Shown here: one piece after another, positions 49,640 to 58,927 of the stretch
Numbering within the stretch: the stretch's first letter is position 1
Layout of the letters: every line of letters starts with the position of its first letter
Assembly (NCBI GenBank): GCA_963789115.1
Contig: CAWBJH010000002.1
Location: forward strand, 174,414 to 238,413
Source: an uncultured delta proteobacterium
GTDB lineage: Bacteria > Desulfobacterota > Binatia > Binatales > Binataceae
DNA length: 64,000 nt
Reading direction: 5' to 3'
The notes under the pieces: model-generated
Told to the model about the DNA's origin: nothing
Seen by the model: only the letters and a program-made list of their open reading frames with translations
Database searches by the model: none
Translations under genes and position numbers: made by a program

Positions 49640-50842
49640 ATGGAACCACGACAAGACGAACTCGAACGCCAGGACTTTGCCTGGATGGTGCTGGCGTCGC
49701 TGGTCTTTTTCATACTTGTGGCGATCGCCGCCTGGCGCGCCTTCGACACCGAATACGGGCCGATTCAGGCCCGCTTCCGGCAGATATTGGAACAGCACAA
49801 CCAGCTCGCCGCGGCGCGACGTTTCCGCCCCGGGATCCGCCAGATCTGGAATCCCGAGATCGGCGTGGTGGACCGTTGCATCACCTGTCATCTCGGCTAC
49901 GAATGGGGCGGCCAACTCCCGGCCGATTTGCCGCAACCCTTCGCGCCGCATCCGCCGCTCCCATACCTCGACAAGCATCCGTTCCCCAGCTTCGGCTGTA
50001 CGGTCTGCCACGGCGGACAGGGATGGGCGACGACCGCTTCGATGGCGCATGTCGGCGGTGAGCATTGGCAATCGCCGATGCTGTCGAGCAAGCTCGCCCG
50101 CCGCTTGGGCCTGACCGCCGCCCAGCTTATGCAGATGCGATGCAACATCTGCCATCGCCACGACCTCTCCACCCCCGGCATGGAGGAAATCAACCAGGCC
50201 AAGGACCTCGTCAAGCGCAAGAAGTGCCTGGTTTGCCACACGATCGAGGACAAGGGAGGGCTGGTCGCTCCCGAGCTGACTTATTTCGGTGACAAGAACC
50301 CGGAACTGTTCGACTTCAAAAACGTCACCGGCGCGCACACCGAGTTCAACTGGAGCTACCAGCACCTGATGGACCCGGACAAGATCACGCCCAATACCAC
50401 GATGCCGACCTTCGGGTTCGAGCCCACGCAGGCTCGGGCGTTGACCCTGCTGCTGCTGAGCTGGCAACGCAACAACTTCCCGCCCCAGTACATCCCGACC
50501 CCGGTCGAGATCGCGCAGCCGCCGTACAAGCTGGCTTCCGCGGTGGGAGAGCCGCCGGTGGTGGCGGGCGCCGAGTCCGGACGCAACGTGTTCCGCACTC
50601 GTGGATGCGCCTACTGTCACACCGTCGGCCAAGGCCGCCTGCTCGGCCCCGACCTCAAGGGAGTCGGCTTGCGGCGCGACGAGCGATGGCTGCGGCAGTG
50701 GCTGGCCGCTCCTGCCTCCGTGATCCGCGCCTATCCGGAATTCGCGCACTGGCCGGATGAGTACGACGGAATCGTGATGCCGAATCAGAACCTCTCGCCC
50801 GAGGAGATCAACGCTCTGGTTGCGTACCTGAGCAAGCTCTGA
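49640..50842 (+). CDS. Membrane-anchored pentaheme cytochrome c
   Basis: N-terminal TM; CITCH, CTVCH, CNICH, CLVCH, CAYCH. Confidence 0.9.
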   Translation: MEPRQDELERQDFAWMVLASLVFFILVAIAAWRAFDTEYGPIQARFRQILEQHNQLAAARRFRPGIRQIWNPEIGVVDRCITCHLGYEWGGQLPADLPQPFAPHPPLPYLDKHPFPSFGCTVCHGGQGWATTASMAHVGGEHWQSPMLSSKLARRLGLTAAQLMQMRCNICHRHDLSTPGMEEINQAKDLVKRKKCLVCHTIEDKGGLVAPELTYFGDKNPELFDFKNVTGAHTEFNWSYQHLMDPDKITPNTTMPTFGFEPTQARALTLLLLSWQRNNFPPQYIPTPVEIAQPPYKLASAVGEPPVVAGAESGRNVFRTRGCAYCHTVGQGRLLGPDLKGVGLRRDERWLRQWLAAPASVIRAYPEFAHWPDEYDGIVMPNQNLSPEEINALVAYLSKL

Positions 50843-50881
50843 GGGCACGGCCGGTAACCGAACAAGTCCGGAGCAGGAATC

Positions 50882-51883
50882 GTGGCTCACTTGACCTTCA
50901 ACATTGCTGTCATGCAATTCCTGGCAGACCACAGGACTTTTTTTCTCACGAAATTCTTCCTGCTCGCCAGCTTCGTTGGTCAGGTCGAGGGCTACATCCT
51001 TATCGTGACCCTAATCTACGTGATGGTCGACAAGACGCTGGCTGTCCGGCTTTCCGTACTGGTACTGCTGACGATGTGTCTCAATCACGTCCTGAAGATA
51101 ATTATCAAGAATCCTCGGCCCTTCATCCACGAAGGCACCTATCTCCAGAAGTGGGCGGTATCGACGGAGAACGCAAAAGCACTTGCGACCGAGTATTCAA
51201 TGCCTTCCGGCCACGCGATGGCTGGTTCGACTTTCTACTCTTATCTCGCCGCGTCTTTCGAAAATCCATTCGTAAGAGTAATCGCCGTCATAGCGATTCT
51301 TCTCACCGGATTTTCGCGCCCCTACCTCGGTGTCCACTATCCCGGGGACATTCTCATCGGTTGGATGATTGGATTGCCGGTCGGCCTGGTAGCGATAAAA
51401 CGCGCTGATAAAATCAGCGACGGATGGAATAAGCTGTCATATCGGCACCAGGTGGGAATCGTTGCTGCCTCAAGCCTGATTCTCTGGCTCGCCACGATCG
51501 CAATCAACGGTTGGCGCATCGATCGTCAGCCCCGCGCATTTTTGGGCTATGCAGGATTCTTGACGGGCATCGTCTTCGCCCGCCCCATTGAGCTGAGCAC
51601 TCTGGACTTCGATCCCAGAAGTTCTAAACCGATGGCAAAAATGCTGCGATTCGCCATATCCGTTGCCATGGTGCTGGTAACGCTGCTCCTTCTCGACAAG
51701 GTCTTTAGAGTAATAGCCAACGACTTCTCGGTGCTTGGATACATGTTGCAGTACATTCGCTACGCCATTGCCGGCGTGGTAAGCATATTCGTCGCGCCTC
51801 TGCTTTTTACAAAAGTCAGATTGGCTGAAACCAACCCTGTGGCAGCAGCCGAGGGCACGCCCGGTTTGCACTTGGCCCTCTAA
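50882..51883 (+). CDS. PAP2-family membrane phosphatase
   Basis: K-x6-RP, SMPSGH, SRPYLGVHYPGD. Confidence 0.9.
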   Translation: MAHLTFNIAVMQFLADHRTFFLTKFFLLASFVGQVEGYILIVTLIYVMVDKTLAVRLSVLVLLTMCLNHVLKIIIKNPRPFIHEGTYLQKWAVSTENAKALATEYSMPSGHAMAGSTFYSYLAASFENPFVRVIAVIAILLTGFSRPYLGVHYPGDILIGWMIGLPVGLVAIKRADKISDGWNKLSYRHQVGIVAASSLILWLATIAINGWRIDRQPRAFLGYAGFLTGIVFARPIELSTLDFDPRSSKPMAKMLRFAISVAMVLVTLLLLDKVFRVIANDFSVLGYMLQYIRYAIAGVVSIFVAPLLFTKVRLAETNPVAAAEGTPGLHLAL

Positions 51884-51911
51884 GCCCTTCGCCCAGGCCG
51901 GCCCACGTTCC

Positions 51912-52240
51912 TAGGCGTTAACCTAACAGTTGACGTGAGACGGGGACGAGGCGGGTGTCCTCCCTCTCCCACATTTTTAGTGGGAGAGGGCAAGCGGCGT
52001 GGCGATTGCTCCTTCTCGCAATCGCCGTGACGCGCGGGTGAGGGTGCTGCTATCCTGCTCGAAGTGCGGCGCTTTTTTCGAATTGCTCCTGCAGAGGCGA
52101 CTGCGCTTCCCCTCTCCCGCTAAAGATGCGGGCGAGGGCAGGATATCCCGGCGCCCCGGCCTCAGTACTCGCCGACCGTTTGCGCCCGTCCAATTCACCT
52201 TCCCCCTCTGCCCAGCGCCTAGGTCTTAGGTTAACGCCTA
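51912..52240. mobile_element. MITE with TA ends, second family
   Basis: Perfect 15-bp IR TAGGCGTTAACCTAA / TTAGGTTAACGCCTA; internal CCCTCTCCC...GGGAGAGGG hairpins. Confidence 0.7.
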
Positions 52241-52279
52241 TGGGGATCCTCCCCCTCGCCGCTTCGTATGAGAACCACC

Positions 52280-52485
52280 CTGTTGATGGAGCCGGCTGGC
52301 TGTCGAGTTTGGGTTTGAGCAGACCGGCCTTGAGCTTCTCCTTGAGCCTGAAGCTTTCGCCTTTGATGTTGATGGTGATCGAATGATGGAGCAGGCGATC
52401 CAGGGTGGCGCCGGCGATCACCGCACCGCCGAACACCCGGCTCCAGGCGCCGAGACTCTGATTGCTGATGATGACGATCGCTGTG
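52280..52485 (-). pseudogene. istB: IS21 istB C-terminal remnant
   Basis: IISNQSLGAWSRVFGGAVIAGATLDRLLHHSITINIKGESFRLKEK. Confidence 0.85.
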
Positions 52486-52927
52486 CAGCGGCTTGTGGGC
52501 TCTGACTGAAACAGGCGCCGGCCGACGAGTGCGCGGATGGAGCGTTTTGCTTACCGGGCGGTCAGTGTGCCTTCCGGAGCTTCCGACGGGCTCATTGCTT
52601 CTTTTGTCGTGGCGGAAGTTTCAACTGAAAACGCTTATCGACGCCGTGGAGAAGAACGACAGAGCGGTCGTTGCCGCGATACACGACGGAGCGTCGGCGC
52701 AGCGCGATGACGATGACGACAATGTTGAGTTCACGGGGATCGCGGCGGACCGAGCTAACTGAGCGGCAACCGCCACCTAGGAACGCCGCTTGCGTGGTGC
52801 TCGCCAAAGCGCCGAAGCGGCCCGAAACGCGGCGCCGCGCGCACGCGGCTCTCAGCCATGACCATCCCGCGAGGCGAGCTGCCCTTCAGTCCTTACATTC
52901 CCCCCCGAGGTCCGGCAGAATCGTGTC

Positions 52928-54121
52928 GTGGACTTTGAGTTCTTTAATAGGGACTATGCCACCCTAATAGAGGAGCTTGAGCGGTTCCTTGGTCCGACCG
53001 AAATCGACCGCAAGCTCAAGAAGATCGATCATGCACTAAGACACCGGAACCCGTTGGTCGCAGCGTACTACGGGCCGACGCCGAAGGCGGCGCTCTGGTT
53101 GGGTCTTAGAAAGGCTCGTCAAGCTGTCAAGCAACACAGTCGCATCTCCGTTGGTGACGAGCACGTGTATCGCGCTCTCGACCTCGCAGCCACGCTGCGT
53201 GCCCTTTGGCCAAGTACGCCCGACTGGAGGCGTAAGGATCTCAAATCGCAGCTTCTTAGTGAAAGTGCTCTGGAACCGGTTCTTCTGGAGGTCAAAACTG
53301 CCTTGCACCTGGTACTTTCCGGTCACAAGATCACCTGGATCGAGCCGGCGCGAACACCAGGAGTGAGGACACCAGATCTGGTCGGTGAAAAAGACTCCTT
53401 TGCCTTCGAAGTCGAGTGCAAGGCACAAAGCGTAAACGAAGGGCGGAAAGTAGTCCGAGAGGCGATGCACGACTTCTGCTATCGACTCGCTACTGCGATT
53501 CTGGGCGACAAAGTCGCCGGGCTTTGGCGCGACGTTTCTGTTTGCGTGCCAGACCGGTTTCCAGCGGGCCACACTTGGCAACAGGACCTCGTGGAACGGA
53601 TCGCTGCGATCAAACACGGCGGTAATGTAGAGCTTGCGGACGGAACATCAGCCAAGGTCGTTCTTCGGCTCGCCACGAATCATCTGCCCGCGCTCGCGCC
53701 TGGCCAGTTTGGTCACATGTGCATTCTGACGGCACGAGCAGACGGCAGCGAACCCACGCTGACCATTCGGGTTGGGAGCACTAAACCGGACACGATGTTG
53801 GCAGCGATTGAAGAAGACCTTAACGACGCGTTGGGCCAATTTTCTGGCGCTCGGCCCGGAAAAATCGTTTGTTACGTTCCGGAGATCCCGTCCTTTCGAG
53901 GGATGAATACACTCGACAGCGGTATTGCGCAGATGACGTATCATTTTTTCCTTAGGCACCAGCGAGCCCGAATTGTCTTCGAGGTTGACTACGTTTCGGA
54001 CGTTGATTTGCAAGGGGGCGCAGGTTTGGCGAGGGGACTGCATTTCCTGCGGTTTCGGAACCCGAATCACCCTTTTCAATCGCCTTCCCCGAGGGCCCAG
54101 CAGCCGTCGTCGCCCAACTAA
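52928..54121 (+). CDS. Hypothetical protein with a PD-(D/E)xK nuclease-like motif
   Basis: E...RTPDLVGEKDSFAFEVECK; lower GC than the host. Confidence 0.6.
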   Translation: MDFEFFNRDYATLIEELERFLGPTEIDRKLKKIDHALRHRNPLVAAYYGPTPKAALWLGLRKARQAVKQHSRISVGDEHVYRALDLAATLRALWPSTPDWRRKDLKSQLLSESALEPVLLEVKTALHLVLSGHKITWIEPARTPGVRTPDLVGEKDSFAFEVECKAQSVNEGRKVVREAMHDFCYRLATAILGDKVAGLWRDVSVCVPDRFPAGHTWQQDLVERIAAIKHGGNVELADGTSAKVVLRLATNHLPALAPGQFGHMCILTARADGSEPTLTIRVGSTKPDTMLAAIEEDLNDALGQFSGARPGKIVCYVPEIPSFRGMNTLDSGIAQMTYHFFLRHQRARIVFEVDYVSDVDLQGGAGLARGLHFLRFRNPNHPFQSPSPRAQQPSSPN

Positions 54122-54123
54122 CG

Positions 54124-54552
54124 ATGCATTTAGGTGGCCATCACAGCGCTCGGTATTTCCGCGAAATATTCGTGGTCGAGACGGATCTGTTCAGAGACAG
54201 GACGTCACGCTCTCTGCCAACCGAGGAGGAGATGAGCAGCAAGGCGAAACACGCAGAGGACGAGAAAATGGCCCGCCTGGTCTCCGCGTTCCGGTATCGG
54301 GACGATGTGGACGAGTCGGAGCTCGCCGAGGCTGCATTCCAGCACGGAGTCGCAATCTACTCGAGCGTCGGTCATATCCGGCAGGGAATAATCAATCTTT
54401 TCACCGTCGGTCTTTTTCATCTCTTCGAGCAACAGCTGCTTTTATTCTATCGCCGCGGACTCCAATGGGGCCTTCGCGGCCCATTAACTGTCGCCATGGC
54501 GGTAAGATCCTTTTGGATCCAACTCGGCGAGGCGATCCGCCTACTGAACTAG
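54124..54552 (+). CDS. Hypothetical helical protein, possibly C-terminally truncated
   Basis: 142-aa ORF closely spaced between its neighbours; INLFTVGLFHLFEQQL segment. Confidence 0.45.
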   Translation: MHLGGHHSARYFREIFVVETDLFRDRTSRSLPTEEEMSSKAKHAEDEKMARLVSAFRYRDDVDESELAEAAFQHGVAIYSSVGHIRQGIINLFTVGLFHLFEQQLLLFYRRGLQWGLRGPLTVAMAVRSFWIQLGEAIRLLN

Positions 54553-54557
54553 CGATC

Positions 54558-55802
54558 ATGGCGACAAAAAAACTTCTAATGCTTCTCGGGACCGGCAGCT
54601 CAATCGCCCAAGGAATCCCATCCGTATCTCACGTCGATCGCAGGATGAAAAAGGCGGCAGCCGAATGGTCGCAGGGGTCGCATCGAACGGGACTTCCAAA
54701 TTATTTCGATTTCGCCTGGGCTGCCGCCCAACTCTATTACAGCAGCGAGAAACCTGCCCTTAGACCAGAAGTGAATTTTGAACGAGTTCTGGGGGACATG
54801 TTGGCACTTGCGAACTGGATGACGCCTGCGCCATATGGAAATTCGTTACGGCAAATCATATGGAATGAAACGCCGTTGCCTCCGTCGCCCGGGCGCTTTT
54901 TGATTTCCACCTTGATCACGTCCCAGCTGACGGAGCTTCTAGTAGACCTCGCTAGATATATGCGGAAATGCAGCCGTGACTTCGATCGCGGTTCAGACGC
55001 ATTCCGGGAGTATCGGGCCTTACTCGACGGAATTCGAAGTGAATTCGACGTGGGCATCTACAGCCTCAACTATGACAGCGTTGCCTTGACAGCATGGCCA
55101 ACCGTCTTTACTGGATTTGACGCATCGGGCCGGTTCGCTCCGGGTCAGGTCCTGAGCCGACGCGAATGGAACTTCCTGTACCATTTGCATGGTAGTGTGT
55201 ATCACACACTGGTGGGGCCGTTTGGCAATTCAGTGCGCTGGCAAAATGATCTGACCGCACGATTCGATGATGGTAACGCGGCTCGCTCTACTGACGAACG
55301 ATCAGACGGCAAACGGTTTCCTAAGACCACCCTTATCGCGGGCGCGTTTAAACTCGATCAGTTACTGATCGAACCTTTTCATACACTCTATGCAGCCTTT
55401 GTTCGCGACGCCTACGAGGCTGACGCAATTCTGCTGGGCGGTTATGGGTTTGGTGACGCGCATGTAAACCGCGCCTTAGGGAACCGTCTCGAGAACGACA
55501 CGAATAGGCCATCCATTATGATCCTCACCTACGCCGAGCCGCGAACGGATCCGATGGAATTTCGAGCGGATCGTTGGAGTTATGAATTGTGCCGCACCTT
55601 GAACGTCAGTGCTAGGTCGTTTTCTAGCCCCGCGCCGATGCACGTGGCCGATCTGGTCGCGAACGATGGCTTTGAATTCTCTGCTGAACAGCGAATTGCC
55701 ATCTGGCACGGGGGCTTCAGCGAGGCCTCGAGGCGGGTGGCCCCTATTGTGGATTGGCTCTCCGGCGCTGATAACTCAGTGCTCAGGCCCTCAGTGTCAT
55801 AG
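54558..55802 (+). CDS. SIR2-like (SIR2_2-type, defence-associated) protein
   Basis: LLGTGSS..GIP, SLNYD, HLHGS, GYGFGDAHVN; no Zn ribbon. Confidence 0.8.
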   Translation: MATKKLLMLLGTGSSIAQGIPSVSHVDRRMKKAAAEWSQGSHRTGLPNYFDFAWAAAQLYYSSEKPALRPEVNFERVLGDMLALANWMTPAPYGNSLRQIIWNETPLPPSPGRFLISTLITSQLTELLVDLARYMRKCSRDFDRGSDAFREYRALLDGIRSEFDVGIYSLNYDSVALTAWPTVFTGFDASGRFAPGQVLSRREWNFLYHLHGSVYHTLVGPFGNSVRWQNDLTARFDDGNAARSTDERSDGKRFPKTTLIAGAFKLDQLLIEPFHTLYAAFVRDAYEADAILLGGYGFGDAHVNRALGNRLENDTNRPSIMILTYAEPRTDPMEFRADRWSYELCRTLNVSARSFSSPAPMHVADLVANDGFEFSAEQRIAIWHGGFSEASRRVAPIVDWLSGADNSVLRPSVS

Positions 55803-56073
55803 CTCCGGTTCGGCCATGCTCGCGGTTCTAGCAGTATCGGGGCCGCGTGCTGGATTGATCCTTGGGCGGCTCTGGCGCACGAAATTCTTGACCTGGGGCG
55901 CGATGCGTTCGCGCTCGGCGGCGCGCCTTGGCCCTGGGATCGAAGTCGGCGATGCCTGCTGAAATCCCCCGTGTTTATGGAGCCGCCTGGCTCTCGACTT
56001 TGGGTTTGAGCAGGCCGGCTTTGGGCTTCTCCTTGAGTCTGAGGCGTTCGCCTTTGGCCTTGCCGAGCGTGGT

Positions 56074-56214
56074 GATGAGCGCGGTGGCGGTGAGCGCGCA
56101 CGCCCTGCCCTCTTGACGGCTGGCCGGTCCCGGCAATATCGAATCGATCATGGACGACGTGCTTCTCAAGCAGCGGGCGCTCGAGTTGTGGAGCAGCGGC
56201 GTTGAGTGTCACGC
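56074..56214 (+). repeat. Diverged duplicate of 58360-58506 (upstream region and first ~21 codons of the TPR gene)
   Basis: GATGAGCGCGGTGGCGGTGA...ATGGACGAC...GTTGAGTGTCACGC in both places. Confidence 0.88.
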
Positions 56215-56245
56215 TTAGGAAGACTTCCAGCCTGCCTTCGGCTAG

Positions 56246-56322
56246 CAGGCTGCGGAAAAAGCTCAGGGTGCTTCCGCCATCGGCGAAGTGCCCCGTCTCG
56301 AAAATCCTTTTTCCGCACCTTG
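56246..56322. mobile_element. MITE, CAGGNTGCGGAAAAA family, in frame in the istB remnant
   Basis: CTAG|CAGGCTGCGGAAAAAG...CTTTTTCCGCACCTTG|CCAG; 77+4=81 nt. Confidence 0.75.
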
Positions 56323-56597
56323 CCAGGGCCTTGCCGAGCGTGGTGATGAGCGCGGTGGGCGGTCTCGTACTGGTGACGGCGTTGACGGGAAGGTGACCTT
56401 GGACTTGCCGGTTCCAGTTCTCCTAAGTGGAAGCGGAAGATGTTTCACTCGAAATAGCTCTTTCACTGAACGGTGAAATCCGCTGATTTAGTGAAACATG
56501 AGCGCCGGTCTTGCCGGTCGCCTGCAAAGCGCAGCGCGCCTGACCGACATTCCTTAGGCACCGCGCGTGGTGTCAGCAACGCGAGCCCACCGTCTAA

Positions 56598-56717
56598 CAG
56601 GTTGCGGAAAAAGCCTTTTTGGGCCCTTTTCGGCCTAAGCAATCACACGCTTTGATGAGCTGATTCATGCCAACGTTACTGACTAGTCAAGTGTTTCCGG
56701 AGTTTTTCCGCAACCTG
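56598..56717. mobile_element. MITE, CAGGNTGCGGAAAAA family
   Basis: CTAA|CAGGTTGCGGAAAAA...TTTTTCCGCAACCTG|CTAA; perfect IR and target duplication. Confidence 0.85.
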
Positions 56718-56750
56718 CTAAGCCGGTAGCTGGCCCGATAGCCGCAATCT

Positions 56751-57678
56751 TCATCGCTCCACCCACTGCCGCTTCGCCGCCACCCAATTCAGATCATGGT
56801 GAGACCGGCCTGCCACGGCACGCATCGGAAGCAACAGGAACGTGCACAGCTCGGAGACCACTTCCGGCAGCGAAGGCGCGTCGCGAAGCTTCATCCTGCG
56901 GACGAAACCCAGCCACTGTGCCTGTTTTTGCCGATCACCGCCGAATCCCGCGGTTAGCGCTACCGGCACGCCGTCCGGATTTTGGTGTCCATCGTCTTTC
57001 GAACGTCCTCGCGATTGCTTCACAGAGCTTCGCCGCTTCAAAATTGAATGAGCGCGACAAAAGCCAGATGTCAAAGAAATCCTTCATCCGGCTGTTGAGT
57101 TCCCCCAACTTCACCATCGCCTCGAACTTCTCCGCCACCGCGCTCTCCTTGCTGTAGGCCAGCAGCTCGGGAGCGGGCAGATCAAGGAGGGTCGGATAAC
57201 TCGTTCGGGCCGCAGACGGGATAACTATGTCGCCGAAACCCACGTCGAGCTGCATCGGGACTCGCGCCACGCCCAAGGTCCCTCGGAAGCGAATCCTAAC
57301 ACCCTAGTACTCGGCCGCATCTGCGATGCGCTCGCCTGAAACTGTCGCCGCATCAAACAGCAGGCCGTCCTCCACATCCACCGGCGCCGAACACACCTCT
57401 TTCACAATAGCAACCATCGCTTCGACACTGTTGTCCGTGCGCCCCAGAAGATCGATGTCCATCGTTGGCCGGAGCAACGGCGCCTTCCACACCGTCAGCA
57501 TCAGCGCACCCTTAAGAACGAATTTGTCCGCGTGGCGTGACTTCGAAAGCCGATACAAGAAAAGCTCCATCGCAAAATACTGGAGCAATTCGCTGAAGGG
57601 GCGCCGCGTAGCACGCGCGTTGTTCAGCAGCCGCTGCCGCACCGAGGCCGCGAGGTTCTTCGCGCCAGCCTTCGTCAT
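56751..57678 (-). pseudogene. abiEii: AbiEii-family nucleotidyltransferase toxin with an in-frame TAG (57304-57306) and a frameshift (~56990)
   Basis: SVRQRLLN, FVLKGALML, RPTMDIDLL, AEKFEAM, NSRMKDFFDI. Confidence 0.85.
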
Positions 57679-58301
57679 AGCAGCGCTTCCAAGTATGGGC
57701 GCATGACCTTCTCCACGCGGCACACACGGGCGAATTTCATCAGCTCGTCGACCTTAGGACGTTTCCGGCTTCGATAAAGCCTGAGCGCTTCGAGCACCGT
57801 GTCCAGTCCGAGCTTGTTCCGATACTTGAAGCAGTCGGCGAGCGTCTTCTCGGGACTGTAAACACGCAGCCGGATGCCGTCCACCTTGTGAACCTCGATT
57901 CCCTCGGTAAACGCCTCTCCGGTAAACCAGAACACGCGCACCGGAGGGTGCTGGAGCTTTGGAGGCTCCGCCCCCCGGCGCAGCGCAACGTGGACTTCAT
58001 GTGGGATCTGCGTAGTAATTTCGTGATATGCCAGGGCAGAGATGAGGCAGATCACCCCGTTCGGAACCTTGGCTGCAACCGTCACCAGGTCGGGGCTGGC
58101 GAGCGCCGGCAGCCCGGACAGTCGAAACAGTCCGCGACCGAGTTGCTCCACGATGCCCTTGTCTCGCATCTTGTAGAGCGTGCGCGGATGAATTCCTGCG
58201 CGCAGAGCTGCGCTGGTCCGAAGCAGGCCGCCTTTCTGGCGAAAGAGCCGTTGCTCCCTCTCAAATGCTGTTGTCCGAGCTATGGATAAAACTACCAGCA
58301 C
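57675..58301 (-). CDS. abiEi: AbiEi-family antitoxin; start uncertain
   Basis: GIHPRTL..M, GVICLISALAYH, YSPEKTLADCFKYRNK; ATGA overlap with the toxin gene. Confidence 0.85.
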   Translation of the reverse strand: MLVVLSIARTTAFEREQRLFRQKGGLLRTSAALRAGIHPRTLYKMRDKGIVEQLGRGLFRLSGLPALASPDLVTVAAKVPNGVICLISALAYHEITTQIPHEVHVALRRGAEPPKLQHPPVRVFWFTGEAFTEGIEVHKVDGIRLRVYSPEKTLADCFKYRNKLGLDTVLEALRLYRSRKRPKVDELMKFARVCRVEKVMRPYLEALL

Positions 58302-58329
58302 TGATGAACATATGCTGGTACTTTTATCC
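58284..58329. promoter_or_regulatory. 17-bp inverted repeat, probable AbiEi autoregulatory operator
   Basis: GGATAAAACTACCAGCA-12 nt-TGCTGGTACTTTTATCC (16/17). Confidence 0.6.
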
Positions 58330-58441
58330 GCGCAATAGCCGAAATCACCCGCGGGACACGATGAGCGCGGTGGCGGTGACCAACAGAGTGCGTACGCCCT
58401 GCCCTCTTGACGGCGGCGGTCACGGCAATATCGGATCGATC

Positions 58442-58927
58442 ATGGACGACGCGCTTCTCAAGCAGCGGGCGATCGAGCTGTGGAGCAGGGGCGTTGAGTG
58501 TCACGCGCAGGGCGACTTCCAGCACGCCATCGAGCTCTACACCAGGTCGATCGACGTCTATCCGACCGCCGAGGCGTACACTTTTCGCGGATGGGCCTAC
58601 GACCACTTTGGCAGAATCGACGACGCGATCGCCGAGTGCAAGCGGGCCATCGAGGTCGATCCCACCCTGGGCAATCCGTACAACGATATCGGCGCCTACC
58701 TGATCGCGCAGGGCAAGCTCGATGAAGCCGTCGAGTGGCTTGAGCGGGCCAAGCGCGCCCCGCGCTACCAGCCCAGGCATTTTCCGTACATGAACCTGGG
58801 CCGCCTGTACGCCGCCAAGGGAATGATCCTGCAAGCGATATGCGAGTTCGAGAAGGCGGTGGAAATCGAGCCCGCGGAACAGAACTGCATCGCGGCGCTT
58901 GCCCGGCTGCGCGCGATGATCAACTGA
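58442..58927 (+). CDS. TPR protein
   Basis: AEAYTFRGWAY, GNPYNDIGAYL, PYMNLGRLY repeats. Confidence 0.85.
   Translation: MDDALLKQRAIELWSRGVECHAQGDFQHAIELYTRSIDVYPTAEAYTFRGWAYDHFGRIDDAIAECKRAIEVDPTLGNPYNDIGAYLIAQGKLDEAVEWLERAKRAPRYQPRHFPYMNLGRLYAAKGMILQAICEFEKAVEIEPAEQNCIAALARLRAMIN

Larger units (their letters stand above)
55975..56420 (-). pseudogene. istB: Scrambled IS21 istB remnants
   Basis: TGTGKS Walker A, TALITTLGKA twice, LAEGRLE, RLKEKPKAGLLKPK. Confidence 0.7.

Noticed and set aside
52750-54140. Integron attC sites after the island ORFs
   Set aside because: RYYYAAC-like words occur, but no paired GTTRRRY box with a convincing hairpin and no integrase
53973-54557. N-terminal 195-aa extension of the SIR2-like ORF
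   Set aside because: It overlaps two other ORFs and looks non-coding; the SIR2 fold starts at ATG 54558
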